From Callorhinchus milii (Eukaryota): DNA of 64,000 bases. The notes below the pieces were generated by a model. That model worked only from the letters and a program-made list of their open reading frames with translations, had not been told where the DNA came from and made no database searches. Where the stretch lies: contig NW_024704742.1 in the NCBI RefSeq assembly GCF_018977255.1, positions 126,358,001 to 126,422,000 of the forward strand, in the 5' to 3' direction. This document shows, in pieces, positions 11,110 to 23,330 of the stretch. How positions within the stretch are numbered: position 1 is the stretch's first letter; each line of letters begins with the position of its first letter. The translations under genes were made by a program, and so were the position numbers.

Positions 11110-11792
11110 AGAAAAGCTCCAATGTAAGGTGCCTTCTTTTGGAATATACGTTAAAACCGAGGTCCCGATTAACAATAAAATACAAATAATTGAGATACTT
11201 CAAGAAATGGTTAGGTGTTGTCCTGGTTGGCTTCAAAAGCTTGCAGATTATAAACGAGTTTCTGTCTCCTGGTGTCCTGGCCAACAATCCCCAAGACAAA
11301 ATTGGTCAATCACTCCATGGCTGTTTGTGGGACAGGTGGAGTCCTGTGGCTCAGTGGATAGAGCACTCGCTTTGCAAGTGAGAGACCTGAGTTCAATTCC
11401 AGGCAGGTCAGGGCGAAACCTTGGGCAAGTTTCCTTACTCCACACAGAGCCTAATAATAATCCCTCCAAAAACCAAAAACAATAATAAATTGGTCATTTT
11501 CAATCTACGACTGTTTGTGGGACATTGCTGTGCGCAATTGGCTGCCGCGTTTGCCCACAAATATACAGTCAATTCACTTTACAGTGTGTTCTGTGAAGCG
11601 CTTTGGGACGTCCTCCTGACGTGAAAAGCGCTATATCAAATGCAAGGATTATTATTATTATTATTGCTGTGCACAAATTGGCTGCCACATTCCCCCACAA
11701 AATACACACAGTCACATCACTTCAGGAAGTGCTTTGATTCATCTTGAAGATGTGATAGGACGCTTTATCAATTGTAAGGATTATTATAATAA
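11110..11792 (+). mobile_element. Old DeuSINE interrupted by a young SINE
   Basis: The Deu domain GGTGCC..CGTTAAAACCGAGGTCCC..GGTGTCCTGGCCAA..CTGTTTGTGGGACA resumes as TTGCTGTGCACAAATTGGCTGCC after 11663. Confidence 0.8.
11336..11663 (+). mobile_element. Young tRNA(Ala)-like SINE, full length
   Basis: GTGGAGTCCTGTGGCTCAGTGG...AAAGCGCTATATCAAATGCAAGG(ATT)n, near-identical to the copies at 15494, 18934, 34983 and 56812. Confidence 0.95.
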
Positions 11793-12329
11793 TGAATGAA
11801 AAAATAATTGTGATGCCATTGGGAACTTTCTCTCTTCCAATGAAAATAGGCTCAATACCTCCAGAAAGAATACATTAAAGTAGGAAATAAGCTTTGCTTA
11901 CAATGAAGGAAGAGAATTACATAAAACGATGTATTCAGGTCTTGGATAGAACAAAGCAAGAACGTTTGGAGCAGTGATCAATGATGAATTGAAATAGAAG
12001 ATAAACTGATGAAATAGGGTAATAATAATAAAACTAATAATAATCCTTGCATTTGATATTGCACATTTCATGTTGAGAGGACATCTCAAAGCACTTCACA
12101 CGATTTACTGTAAAGTGTGGTAACTGTATTTTGTTGGCAAACACCTATATAGGTTATAATGCAATAATAATAATGATAATTATCCTTGCACTTGATATAG
12201 CGGCTTATCGCGCCATTGAGACATCTCAAAGCAATTGAGAGAATGAGAAGATAAGAGAATGAAGGTCAGAAGTGAAGGAAGCATCATTCTTTTTTGGTGA
12301 TAAATCCTTTTTGCCCAGGGATTCAGTGC

Positions 12330-12740
12330 TGGAATAAACTACCGCTGATACTGGAGCAGGTCTGACAGAGTTTTTAAGAGTTGTTGAAGGAAAACTAAAT
12401 ACTTGGCACAAAAGGGGAAACTAAACTTCTTGGAGGCTGCTTTAAAAATGGAACAGATGTAAGAATTCCATTTGAGATCGGAAGAGATAGTGAGGCCAAG
12501 AATGTCAAGAGCTAAAGAGGATTAAGGATGGATAGGCCTGTATGAGGCACGAAGAAACTGTGCCTTTGAGGAATTGAAAGTAGCAAGGATTATCAGTGCC
12601 CCCATCAAGAGGCACTGAGGAGATCAAGGTTTGGTGATTCAACCAGTGCACTGTAAGCATGCGATCTGAAGGAAATTGATGAATATGAAATGAATTCATC
12701 CATCAACAAAGGAGATGTGGAAGATAAGTGAGGCTGGATG
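12330..12740 (-). mobile_element. Highly decayed CR1-group LINE RT remnant, distinct from the other LINEs here
   Basis: Manual translation: NLDLLSAS*WG..NLATFNSSKAQFL, LDILGLTISSDLKWNSYICSIFKAASKK, SVRP. Confidence 0.7.
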
Positions 12741-13089
12741 TTTGTCATGAAAGCCATTGCTTTTATTTTTCTATCAAAAATGTCACAAAGAAGCCCGTGA
12801 ACAAAAGCAATTTTAAAAAGGGACATTTTAAACATCTCAACCACATCCTCCCAGCGTGATTCTATCGTGCTCTTTTCCTCTCCACTCCCCAATTCCCCGG
12901 CAATGAGATTTCAAAACTCTAACTTGTACAGGCAGTTATGCAAACAAAACGAACGTTTGTGACAACAGGATTTTGATTTGTGAATGGGATTAATTTTACA
13001 GAAATGTGTTTTAAAACAAAATTTTGGATGTTTGTTGTTTTAGTTGACCCCGTGGCATTGTTTCATTGCCACAAACAATTTTTCCTCCG

Positions 13090-14510
13090 CTCTCCACCAT
13101 CCTTTTTTCTGATTTACATGTTCCCTTTCAATGATTTCATCTGCAGACATGGGGCAACTTTCGTATGTATGTGGATGACATCCCAATCTTTTCTCCTCCT
13201 CCAGCCGTGACAATAACAACAACAAATTACATTTGGGTAGCGGCTTTTATGTCGGTAGGACGTCCCAAGGCACTGGACAGTCAGGGATCCGCACCCGAGA
13301 TGGTGGTTAGGATCAGGAGAGGTAGATGGCGGGAGGGAAGGGGTCGGCACCGTTGAAGAGAAGGATTTTGAGATGGTCTTGAAGGAGACAAGGGATGGGA
13401 TGAGGTGGAAGGACTGTTGAATGGAGTTCCAAAGGTTGGGGGCAGATCGGCTGAAGGCCCGCCTGCCAAGACAGGCAAGGTGGGGGACATTAAGCAGACC
13501 AGAAGCCGCTGAGAGGAGGGAGCAGACAGGTTGGTAGAGGGTTAGGGGGTCACAGAGGTAGGGAGGAGCAAGGCTGTAGAGGGCTTTGAAGGTGAAGAAC
13601 AGGATCTTGAACTGTATCTTCTGAGTGATGGGAAGCCAGTGGAGCTGGGCGAGGATGGGGGTGATAGGGTTGTGGAGCCTGTTGCAGGAGAGAATATGGG
13701 CTGCAGAGGTCTGGATGATTTGCAGCCTGTGGAAGGAGGAGTTGGGGAGGCCGACAAGCAGGGAGTTTGTGCAGTGGAGCCTGAATGTAATGATGTGTGC
13801 ATGAGGGTCTTGGCGGCTTGCGGTGAGAGACAGTGGCAGAGATGGACGATGCTGCGGAGGCGGGAAAAGGTGGAGTGGGTCATAGCACGGATGTGGGGGA
13901 TGAAGGACAGCTGAGGGTCGAACAAGACACCGAGGTTCCGTATTGGCTCCATGAGGTTTAGAGTGATCCATGGAGGGTGATGCTGTCAGCGTCCAAGGCG
14001 CTGACGAGACCCAAGCAGGAGGGTCTTGGTCTTATTGACATTTAACTGGAGGAAGTTAGTTCTCATCCAGAATTTGCTGTCTGACAGGCAGTCTGTGAGG
14101 ACAGCAGTGATCCTGGAGTCGAGCGTGGAGGCGGAGAGGCTCAGGGCCACTGATGTTCTTTCTGCTTGCTTGTCAGACATCAAGAACCTGGATAAACACC
14201 AACTTCCTGCAGCTGAATTTTGATAAGACAGAATCCATCCTCCTTGGCTCCCGTCATTGTCTTCTCACCTGCAGCTCCGACCTCCTTAACCTGCCCAGCC
14301 TATCCCTCAGTCTCACTAAATCTGTGTGCAACCCAGGCATCAGGTTCAATCCCTAGCTGTCCTTCTTACCTCACAACCCTGACTGGAACCTTTTTTCTCC
14401 ACTTCCACCACATCACCCAACTCCGACAATAACTCACACCAAATGCAGCTGAAACCCTTATCTTCACATTCGTTACCTCCCACCTCAATTTTTCCAGTGC
14501 CCTCCTTGAT
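13090..14510 (+). mobile_element. Old L2 fragment split by an opposite-strand L2
   Basis: 13090-13205 resembles IYMLPLGDIIRRHG..YADD. The homology resumes at ~14146 (VLSACLSDIK..NFLQLNFDKTE). Confidence 0.75.
13210..14143 (-). mobile_element. L2 LINE 3' fragment
   Basis: ORFs 13114..13971, 13542..13952 and 13986..14183 are L2 ORF2 pieces. The tail is at 13210. Confidence 0.9.
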
Positions 14511-14854
14511 TGAAAGAGTCAGTGGATGAACTGTAGTGCGCACAGGGCATTTTAGGAAGAAATTAGATAGCCATGATCATAACTGTGGAACATCACAAGA
14601 CTATAATTTATTATACATGCAGGCTACCAGACTCTATTGGAGGCTTTGGAGATGTTAAAGGCAGTGGAGATGTCCAAGGTGATAATAAAGTATTCGAGAG
14701 TAAACTTTCAAAAGCATAACATAAGATTTAAGTAATAAGATGACTAGTGGACCATGTCAGAAATTATATTGCTGATCATGAAATAAGCAGGAGCGTTCAA
14801 AATGATAGATAAGTTGCAAATTTTATCTTGAAATGCAGTTAGAAGTTACCATTC

Positions 14855-15345
14855 ATAAATTCTGCCGCCCACATTCTTACCTGTACCAAACTCCGCTCCC
14901 CGATTACCCCAATCCTTGCCAGACTCACTGGCTGCCTGTCCAAGAGAGGAGCAATTTCAAGATCCTCACTCTTGTTTTCAAATCCCTCCACTCCTCTGCA
15001 CCTCCCTACCTCTCTGACCTCCTCTCTCCTCACAATAGTTCCTGTTGCCTTCGCTCGATCGGGTCTGGCCTCCTCCTTATCCCCCGAATCCTGCAATCCA
15101 CTATTGGTGGCCGTGCCTTCAGCCACTACGGCCCGAGTGGAACTCCCTTCCTCACTCCCTTCGCCTCACCTCCTCTCTTCTTACTTTCAGGTCTCAGCTA
15201 AAGATCTTTCTTTTCGACTGCGCCGTTGGTCACCTTCTTCCCCCTCCCCTTGGCTCGGCCCTGGGATCCGTTATTGTGAAGCGCTCCTAGACACCATCCA
15301 GCGTGGAGGGCGCTATATAAATCCAAGTTGTTGTTGTTGTTGTTA
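14855..15345 (+). mobile_element. Older L2 subfamily 3' fragment
   Basis: HWLPVQERSNFKILTLVFKSLH..APPYLSDLL..IGGRAFS. Tail AGCGCTCC..GGGCGCTATATAAATCCAAG(TTG)n. Confidence 0.85.
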
Positions 15346-15493
15346 TTTCTTATCTTCTATTTATCATCACAAAGAATTACAGCACGGAAACAGGCCATTC
15401 AGCCCATCTGGTCCATACTAGTCACCATGAAGGTGCACCATGAAAATGCTAGAAAATGTCAAAAAGTATATATTGTGGAGAACTATGGACCAA

Positions 15494-15828
15494 TAATAAT
15501 ATTAATAATAATAATAATAATAATCCTTGCATTTGATATAGCGCTTTTCACGTCGGGAGGATGTCCCAAAGCGCTTCACAGAACACACTGTAAAGTGAAT
15601 TGACTGTATATTTGTGGGCGAACGCGGCAGCCAATTGCGCACAGCAATGTCCCACAAACAGTCGTAGATTGAAAATGACCAATTTATTATTGTTTGGGTT
15701 TTGGAGGGATTATTATTAGGCGTGTGGAGTAAGGAAACTTGCCCAAGGTTTCGCCCTCTGCCTGGAACTGAACTCAGGTCTCTCGCTTGCAAAGCGAGTG
15801 CTCTAACCACTGAGCTACAGGACTCCAC
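15494..15828 (-). mobile_element. Young tRNA(Ala)-like SINE with TSD
   Basis: Full length, flanked by GGACCAA at 15487-15493 and 15830-15836. Confidence 0.95.
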
Positions 15829-17786
15829 AGGACCAACATGAAAGGTGCAATACCAAATATAATATTATTATTATAATCAGTATCAACATTGAGCATCCCC
15901 AAGTATAGCATACGCATGTAAAGTTTTACATTATTCTGCCCAAGCTTCAGAACAGACTCTGGTCACAGCAGGCATCAATGAAGCTCTCTACTTTAGACCC
16001 TTTTCACTAGAAATTGACGTGAGATTTTCTGATTTGCTTTCAGGTAGGAATTGTGAAAACAGCAGAGACAAGAAGCATTCAGGCAATCACTACTGTTTGA
16101 TGTCATGTTTGAGAGGTGAACGAACAGTATGCTCTCCCACTGTGCACCCAGTCTTCACTGATGTTGTTTCAAAATTATTTGTGTATTTCTGTTTAAATAT
16201 TTTGTTATTCTTCACTGTTATCCCACGGTTCAATAGTGTTAACTTCTCGCTAGTTCTGGATTGCTGATATCAAAACAAAATAAACTCCTCTACCTCTGAC
16301 TGTTCAAAGCAAGTCTGCAATATGTTCTAAGTTTAGACATTTTCATAGATTTTAAAATCCTAATGAGGGGTAAAGATTGTGGTATTTCATAATGCCACAA
16401 TCGTTGTTTTAATTAAACCAAAGAAATCAAATGCAATTTAGACTAAATGGTTTGAGGGCATATCCTTTCCCCCATTGATTCAGAATAGGCTGAGAACAAC
16501 ACCCAATTGGTTATAAAAGTAATAAAAGTAGGCAGCATAAGATTTTCCAAATAATTGCCTGTTACAAAAGTACAAACTCTTGCTAAATGCTTCGGACGTT
16601 AGGCTAGTAGGCAACTTCAGAACACAAGGAACCTCATACAAAATTAAATGAGTGTTCCAGTAAATATGAGATGCATCCTCTCATGTAATTCTGCCTTAGA
16701 ACAAGATTTACTATTGTAACATTGTAAACTTCTGAGTCTATAATTTATGTCTGGTATTCTGCACAAGCAGATTAGTCACTTGGTAAACAAGGCTGGACAT
16801 ATATCCAAGGCCAGTCATTTATCATCCTACTCTAACAATTCAGCTCAGCTGTATTTCACCTCTAATTTGTACACATTAATCCCTTCAGAATTTTGCTTCA
16901 GGACTATTTTAATGTGGTCTGGTTTTCATTTTGTTGCGTGATACAGTATGAGATTAAAGTGACTCATAAATGCCCATCAGCCATACAGTAATAGGCAATA
17001 ATGCAGCACAACTTTCACGCATCAGCCGGACACATATAGAACATATTCTTCACAGTTGTTAAAGGTAACTTGTGCAAAAAAAATAATGCAGTATTGTCTC
17101 AGTTGTTACGTTTTCATACAGAATCCCATAAATTCACATGTGCCTGGGCTAATCATTGGCAAATGAAGTTTAACACAGATCAATACGAGTTACTGTGTAC
17201 AGGAAATAAAGATAAGGTACATATTAATCCATGGGTGGGATAGAACTTGTCTCAGAAGTTGAAACTGGTATCCTGGTGGAGTCCACACAGTCTGCTTTAG
17301 AGGCATTTCAACAGACCTTTTTTGAAACTCACTAATTAATTCCCATAATTTTATTGTTTTCCATCACAAGGAGAAAGGATAGAAAATAAAGCAAACAACA
17401 ACAAATTAAATTTGTATTTCTAAAATTGCCCGGCTTTGATGTTTTGCCCTTCACTTGGCATTTATGTCTCTTTTGACAATGGAAGTGATGATTCGGGAGC
17501 ACATAATAGATATTGTACATGGTTCATAACATTTTAACATCACCCCTAATCTTGAATAAAAATATGGGTAAATATTGCTTCTGGGCTGCCTCTGAATTGA
17601 CCCAAATTGTTGTTTGATGTTATTCCAACATGTTGGTTGCATCACCCCACTGCCAAAATATAATCTGAATCAATCAATTCGGCACTAATGACTTCATTAA
17701 AGCAAATAGTCAAAATCTGATGACCTAACACTGTTTCTCAGACGGCCAAATATATACGGAGCATCCCATTCATTGTACATTGATTC

Positions 17787-18205
17787 TGTCAACCTGGCTC
17801 AGTTGCCAACATTCTTGTCTTTGGGTCAGAAGGTTGTGGTTTCAAGCCCCACTTCAAGAATTCATATAGCCTGAGCTGACACTTCACTACAGTGCTGTGG
17901 ATGTGCTGCATTATTGGAGGTGCCCTCCTTTGGATGAGATGTTAGACTGAGGCCCCTCTATTTTCAAGCTTTTATGGCATTATTCGAAAAGAGAAGGGTG
18001 TTCTCTTGGTGTGTTGGACAACAATCCCACACATAAAAATGATGCTTTACTTCATACCTGTTTGTGGGACATTGCTATATGCAAATTGGCTGCTGGGTTC
18101 ACCCACAAAACACAATCCCTACACTTTACAGTATATCCTGTGAAGCACTTTGGAACGTCCTCCCAACATGAAAGCCACTATACCAAATATAAGGATTATT
18201 CTTAT
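17787..18205 (+). mobile_element. Near full-length old DeuSINE (SacSINE1-like)
   Basis: Head TGTCAACCTGGCTCAG..GTCAGAAGGTTGTGGTTTCAAGCCCCAC, Deu domain GGAGGTGCC..GGATGAGATGTTAGACTGAGGCCCC, and an L2-type tail. Confidence 0.85.
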
Positions 18206-18894
18206 TTTTATTGTTATGCTACCGTCACTTGCAGTCACATATGTTGATCAGTATGTCCTCGACCTTCTTCCACTTTTGGTAGAGCCAAAACGCAGCTATT
18301 CCCCAATGAATATTTTCCAAAACTCCGATTGTTTCTATTTTCTGAGCATTCGATCCATTGGGTAACACATTATTTTGGAGATTTGTTATTAGATGTCAAA
18401 ATTAGCCATCTGGAAAGTTTATTATATACATTTGGCATGCATTTTGGCTGCTCCAGGCTGAAGGAACGTTCTAAAATGCAGGAAAGCAAGCCATATTGAA
18501 AAAACATTGGACAAGAGAAGCAGAGTGCTAAACTCCTTACCTCACACATATGTAATTGTAGCCAGTGATTAACTGTGAGCCTTGAGTGTCTTGTATATAT
18601 ATTCTAAACAAAATAATGAAGTACGATTTGAGGCATTTCATAAAACATTCCTGGTGTTAATTAATATCATGAAATGTTGCAAATATTATTGCAATAATTC
18701 TATCTGCTTTAAAGTGCCTCCATGGTAAACGCAGTCTGCCCCAGGGCACTGTCACCAAGCTTACAGTGTTTGCCATCTCAGGTATCAATCACATAACTGT
18801 TAATAATAACCCTTAATCTTTGATTTGCTGTATTATCTTTCACATCAGGAGAACATCTCAAAGTGCTTCCCAGGATTTACTGAAAAGTAGTAAT

Positions 18895-19610
18895 AACATA
18901 ACAATTGTTATATTTGATATAGCACTTTAACTCGTAGAGTCCTGTAGCTCAGTGGTTAGAGCACTTGCTTTGCAAGCGAGAGACCTGAGTTCAATTCCAG
19001 GCAGGGCGAAACCTTGGGCAAGTTTCCTTACTCCACACGCCTAATAATAATCCCTCCAAAACCAAAAATAATAATAAATTGGTCATTTTCAATCTACGAC
19101 TGTTTGTGGGACATTGCTGTGCGCAATTGGCTGCCGCGTTCGCCCACAAATATACAGTCAATTCGCTTTACAGTATGTTCTGTGAAGCACTTTGGGACGT
19201 CCTCCCGACATGAAAAGCGCTATGTTAAATGCAAGGATTATTATTATTATTATTATTATTATTAACACATCAGGAGGATATCACAAAGCATGTCACAGGA
19301 AAGGTAGCCACTGGGAATTTTATTGACAAATGGCAGCAACTTGCACACAGAAAAGTCCCAAAACAGAGTGACCAATTTAATCCGGGGGATTTTTGGCCAG
19401 GATACCGAAAAAAAGTCTATTCTCTTTTTGAATTGTGCCATGAGATCTTTAAGGTCCACCTGAACCGGCAGGTGGGGCTTTGGTTTTTATGTCTCAACTG
19501 AAGAACGGCACATCTAACAATGAAGCTCTCCCTCCAGCACCGTGTTGGAATATCAGCGTAGTCTGAGAGTTCAAAGACCTGATGTGGGTCTTGAACCCAC
19601 AACCTTCTGA
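18895..19610 (-). mobile_element. Old DeuSINE interrupted by a young SINE
   Basis: The tail at 18895-18930 continues at 19264 (CACATCAGGAGG). Head TTGAACCCACAACCTTCTGA is at ~19600. Confidence 0.8.
18934..19263 (+). mobile_element. Young tRNA(Ala)-like SINE, full length
   Basis: A/B boxes, body and (ATT)n tail match the family consensus seen in this window. Confidence 0.95.
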
Positions 19611-19749
19611 TGTGTTATTGAAGCTGCAGTAACACTATATATAATATCTACCATTGCCTGTAAATTGGCAGGAGTGGCAACTAGTTTATCATTTCCCAGC
19701 ACTCACGGGTGTCTGATAAATGCAGGAACCCATCACCATGCTTAAGAAA

Positions 19750-19828
19750 ATTTCCCTGTGACTGGAATAGAATGTGTATTCTCTCCCTGGAGGGGTATAC
19801 CCTGCTTACCTAATTCTGGAGAGTATTT
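19750..19828 (-). repeat. Unclassified ancient repeat, copy B
   Basis: The reverse complement AAATACTCTCCAGAATTAGGTAAGCAGGGTATACCCCTC aligns with AAATACGCTCTGGAGTTAGGTAAGCGGGGTACATCCCTC at ~9668-9706. Confidence 0.65.
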
Positions 19829-21984
19829 AACTTGAAAAATTCTACAAAAACACTTTCTTTCTAAATACTGCGTATAGCACTAATACATTATAATGCAATC
19901 ATATAGAGATTTTTTAAAAATTAAAACATAGTCCAGAATCAGTCATTAGCCTAACAAAGCAACAAATAATACTGTAGCAAAAATAAACATCATGCGACAT
20001 ACAATGTGTTATGAAACGAAAATCATAAATCATTAAATTATTTTATGAAGCCATGTTACTCCTATGGCAAAAGCAAAATTGACTCAAGCTTAAATGTCTT
20101 CCCCCATTTGCATGAAAGGGATTTTTGGTGTCATATATTTCTAGTGAGAGTATAGAAAGAGTTCACATTTTCTTACAGATCTGTTTGTTTAAGTTGCTTA
20201 AATGGTAAGATGCAAAAAAGAGAATTACTGTGAATCCATGTAACAACAACAACTTGCATTTATACAGCACCCCTCATGCAGGGTAGTGTCCCAGAACCGA
20301 TTACAAATAAGTACATCTATAGAAACTGACTGCTTATAGCTATGAGTTTACTACAGGTCTCAAATAATTCAGCAGTTAAAGGACTGCAGGATTGTTAGTG
20401 TTCAGTGGTTCTAACAACTTGTCAAAATTACTGTGGCAAACAAATGGACAGTTTCTGCTGCTAACTGCAAATGATTGCTTCAGAAGATTTCTGAGATGTG
20501 AATGTCCATAAAATGTATCTTTATTTTGCAATGTACAAAGCTCTGCTTTCTCTGAGCATAAATCCATCTGGAAGGGGATGACAGCCTACTGACAAATTTT
20601 CCCTTCAGAAAATAGCAGGAGATATTAATTTAGGATACAGTATGTTTGACGTGAATTCCTGCTTGGAGAGTGGTGCATATCCACAGCACTGCATTATACT
20701 GCCATCCCTGCCTGTAATGATAAAAATAATATTTCTTGCATTTAATTTGGTGCCTTAATCCATCATGGATTGTAAAATGTAGTGACTATGTATCTGTAGG
20801 CGAACATAATCAAACTACTTAGACAAAAACAAACTGGTTTTGTGGCGTTGGGGGGTGGGTCTCTCAATAGGATTAATCATCTTGTTTTTATCTGGGTTGG
20901 TTTCAGTCGTATTTGGCTTATGGAAACAGTTTGTGATGTGGTGTATAAAAGCAATTAACTTTGAGCTCATAGTCTAGTCTAGGCCAGTCCAATATTGGAC
21001 TATTCATTTCATGGCTTTTTGTGGATTTTGCTGTGTACACCGTTTTTTTACATAAACTATACAGCACAGAAAGAGACCATTTGGCCCAACTAGTCCTTGC
21101 TGGTGTTTATACTCCACACAAGGCTGGTCGCTGCATGTACCTACGAAACTGCTCATACCACAAGACAGTAATTAATTGTGATGCACATTGAGAAGTTGCA
21201 ACATGGAGGATTGTCGGCCAGGGTAAACCTCCCTTCTCTTCTCAAATAATGCTGTGGGTTCTTTAATGTCCACCTGAAAACAAGTAGACAGGACTTCAGA
21301 TTAGCGTCACATCCTTAAGACGCACATCTGACAATGCATCTCTCCCCCCCACCACGACTGCTCCCCACAACCCCACCACACTCAATAATGGAGTGTTTTG
21401 TTTCCTGATATATATTTTAAATAAAATAAATATTTATTTCACGGTACAATTCAGCGAAAAAGACTTTTTTTGTGAGGTACACATCTGCTAAGCTTGTTAA
21501 AACAGCTGGGAATTAAGCCTTGACATTTTTCTATTAAGATCAAGGCGACTTGCTAGACCCACTTTAAAATGAAACACAACAATTCAACATGAGGATTTAC
21601 AAGATGAAAGCTGCTGAATCACCAGGGGTAAGGGGTATAATGGATACAGACAGATACAGAGCACAGGGGAGCTTAGTAATGTTAATACAAAAGGAAAACA
21701 CTTAAAATGAGAGGAAATATTAGCCTTGTTTTGCCACTTGTCTCCTCTCCTTTTATCCTGAAGGCGCTGACTTTGAAAAGCAGCAATCAGAGGTTTGAAA
21801 GTTCTCATGCTCTTAGCCTTAGACTAATTCTTTTTCTTAAGAATTTTGGAAAATACTTAAATTGAGACTTAACTTGGAGGCTGTTTTTCCACAAAAACAG
21901 CTTTTAAATCCAGGCTCAATTTATGAATTTTCCAAAATTCTGCACAGTCTTACATTTTAATACAATAATAACAGTCTGAGGATT

Positions 21985-22296
21985 ATATAATAATAACAAT
22001 TTGCATTTGATACAGCGTTTTTCACATTTTCTAGACATTGCAAAGCGCTTCACAGAATATACTGTAAAGTGAATTAACTGTATATTTTGTGGGCGAAACG
22101 AGTCAGCCAATTACACACAGCAGTGTCCCACAAACAGTTATGGATTGAAGTGACCAATTTATTATTTTTTTCTTGAAATATTATTATCAGGCGTGCGGAG
22201 TAAGGAAAGATGCCCAAGGTTTCGCCCTACCAGGAGTCAAACCCAGGTGTCTCTTTTGCGAGGCGAGTGCTCTAACCACCGAGCTACATGATTCCA
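21985..22296 (-). mobile_element. tRNA-derived SINE, short form, diverged
   Basis: Head GAGTGCTCTAACCACCGAGCTACA on the plus strand, with body and tail present. Confidence 0.88.
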
Positions 22297-23099
22297 AATG
22301 CTCCTAAGCTTAAGACCATTGTAAGAGCAGAGGAGACTTTAGACCTCTGTTCTACACTTTTCAATGAGATTTTAGTTCATGGAGTTTGCCAGTGATATTT
22401 TTACCCAACGCAAGCACTTCAAGTCCTCAGTAATTAAACGCTTTAAGACGTCCCCTTGAAATGAAAGGTCGTTATTGTATTATTATTATTTAGAATGCGA
22501 CCATCTGTCCATAGCAGTAATTCAAGGACATTTTTGGCATCAGTTACAAAGGTACATGTTACTCGTATCACGAGAGCAGCTGTGCAAGAAGAGATCTGCA
22601 ATGGTGATTCTGTGATAGACAATAAAATGAGCCGCAAACAAAACAAATTTACTTCATCTATTCAAACAATATGGATGGGGTCAGTAATTGATACAGAAAA
22701 CACTCCCCTGCAGCCCTCTTTTCTCCTTCAAAAATTAAGGGTTAGAATTTCCCATGTAGAGTAGAGGATGGCTGGATTTATTACCATCAGTAACTTGTTC
22801 CAGTGTTAAATATGCATGGAGCGGATCCAATGTCTGTTCAGAATTTCCACTTGGTGCTAATGACCATCAATAAAGCTCACTGAGGTGTTAATTCACAAAT
22901 AGATCAGCAGAAGCAATGTCCCTGTTCAATTTTGAAATTACAAGTTCTGGCTTAATTACTGGCAGCAATTCATCCAAATGGAAACGATTCAAAAGTATGA
23001 GAGGCCTGTAAAATAACTCATTTGAATTTCTATTCAAATTAACGATGCAGCAGGTACTGCAGACTGGAGAGAGTTTGTAGCTGAGGAGTAAGTGGACTG

Positions 23100-23330
23100 G
23101 TTCCAAGGTGACGTATTTGGCAACAGAATGTAGGAATCGAGCCAACCCTCTGTGGTAGTCTCAGTTAGCCAAGCGGTTCCTGAGCCAGGCAAGTTCACCA
23201 GTCAAAACCTAAACAAGTAGGGTGGTCTCAGCTAGACAAGCAGCGGGAAAGTTTGCCATCCGCTACTTTCAATGGCACGCTATACAATTTTAGTTGGTTA
23301 GACTCCAGCAGTACTTCAACACACATTCTG
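23100..23330 (+). repeat. Unclassified ancient repeat, copy C
   Basis: Several collinear blocks shared with 9295-9640, including a 23-nt identity. Confidence 0.7.

Noticed and set aside
18934..19010. tRNA-Ala gene
   Set aside because: It is the head of a multi-copy SINE and runs directly into the SINE body and tail.
19014..19265. Recurrent ~80-100-aa ORFs (MGKFPYSTRL.., [11 protein letters not shown]..) as a gene family
   Set aside because: Incidental translations of SINE copies.
20376..20567. ORF preceded by an acceptor-like site (similar cases at 5983, 8505, 22609, 30236)
   Set aside because: No recognisable homology or supportable partner exons. Such sites are expected by chance.
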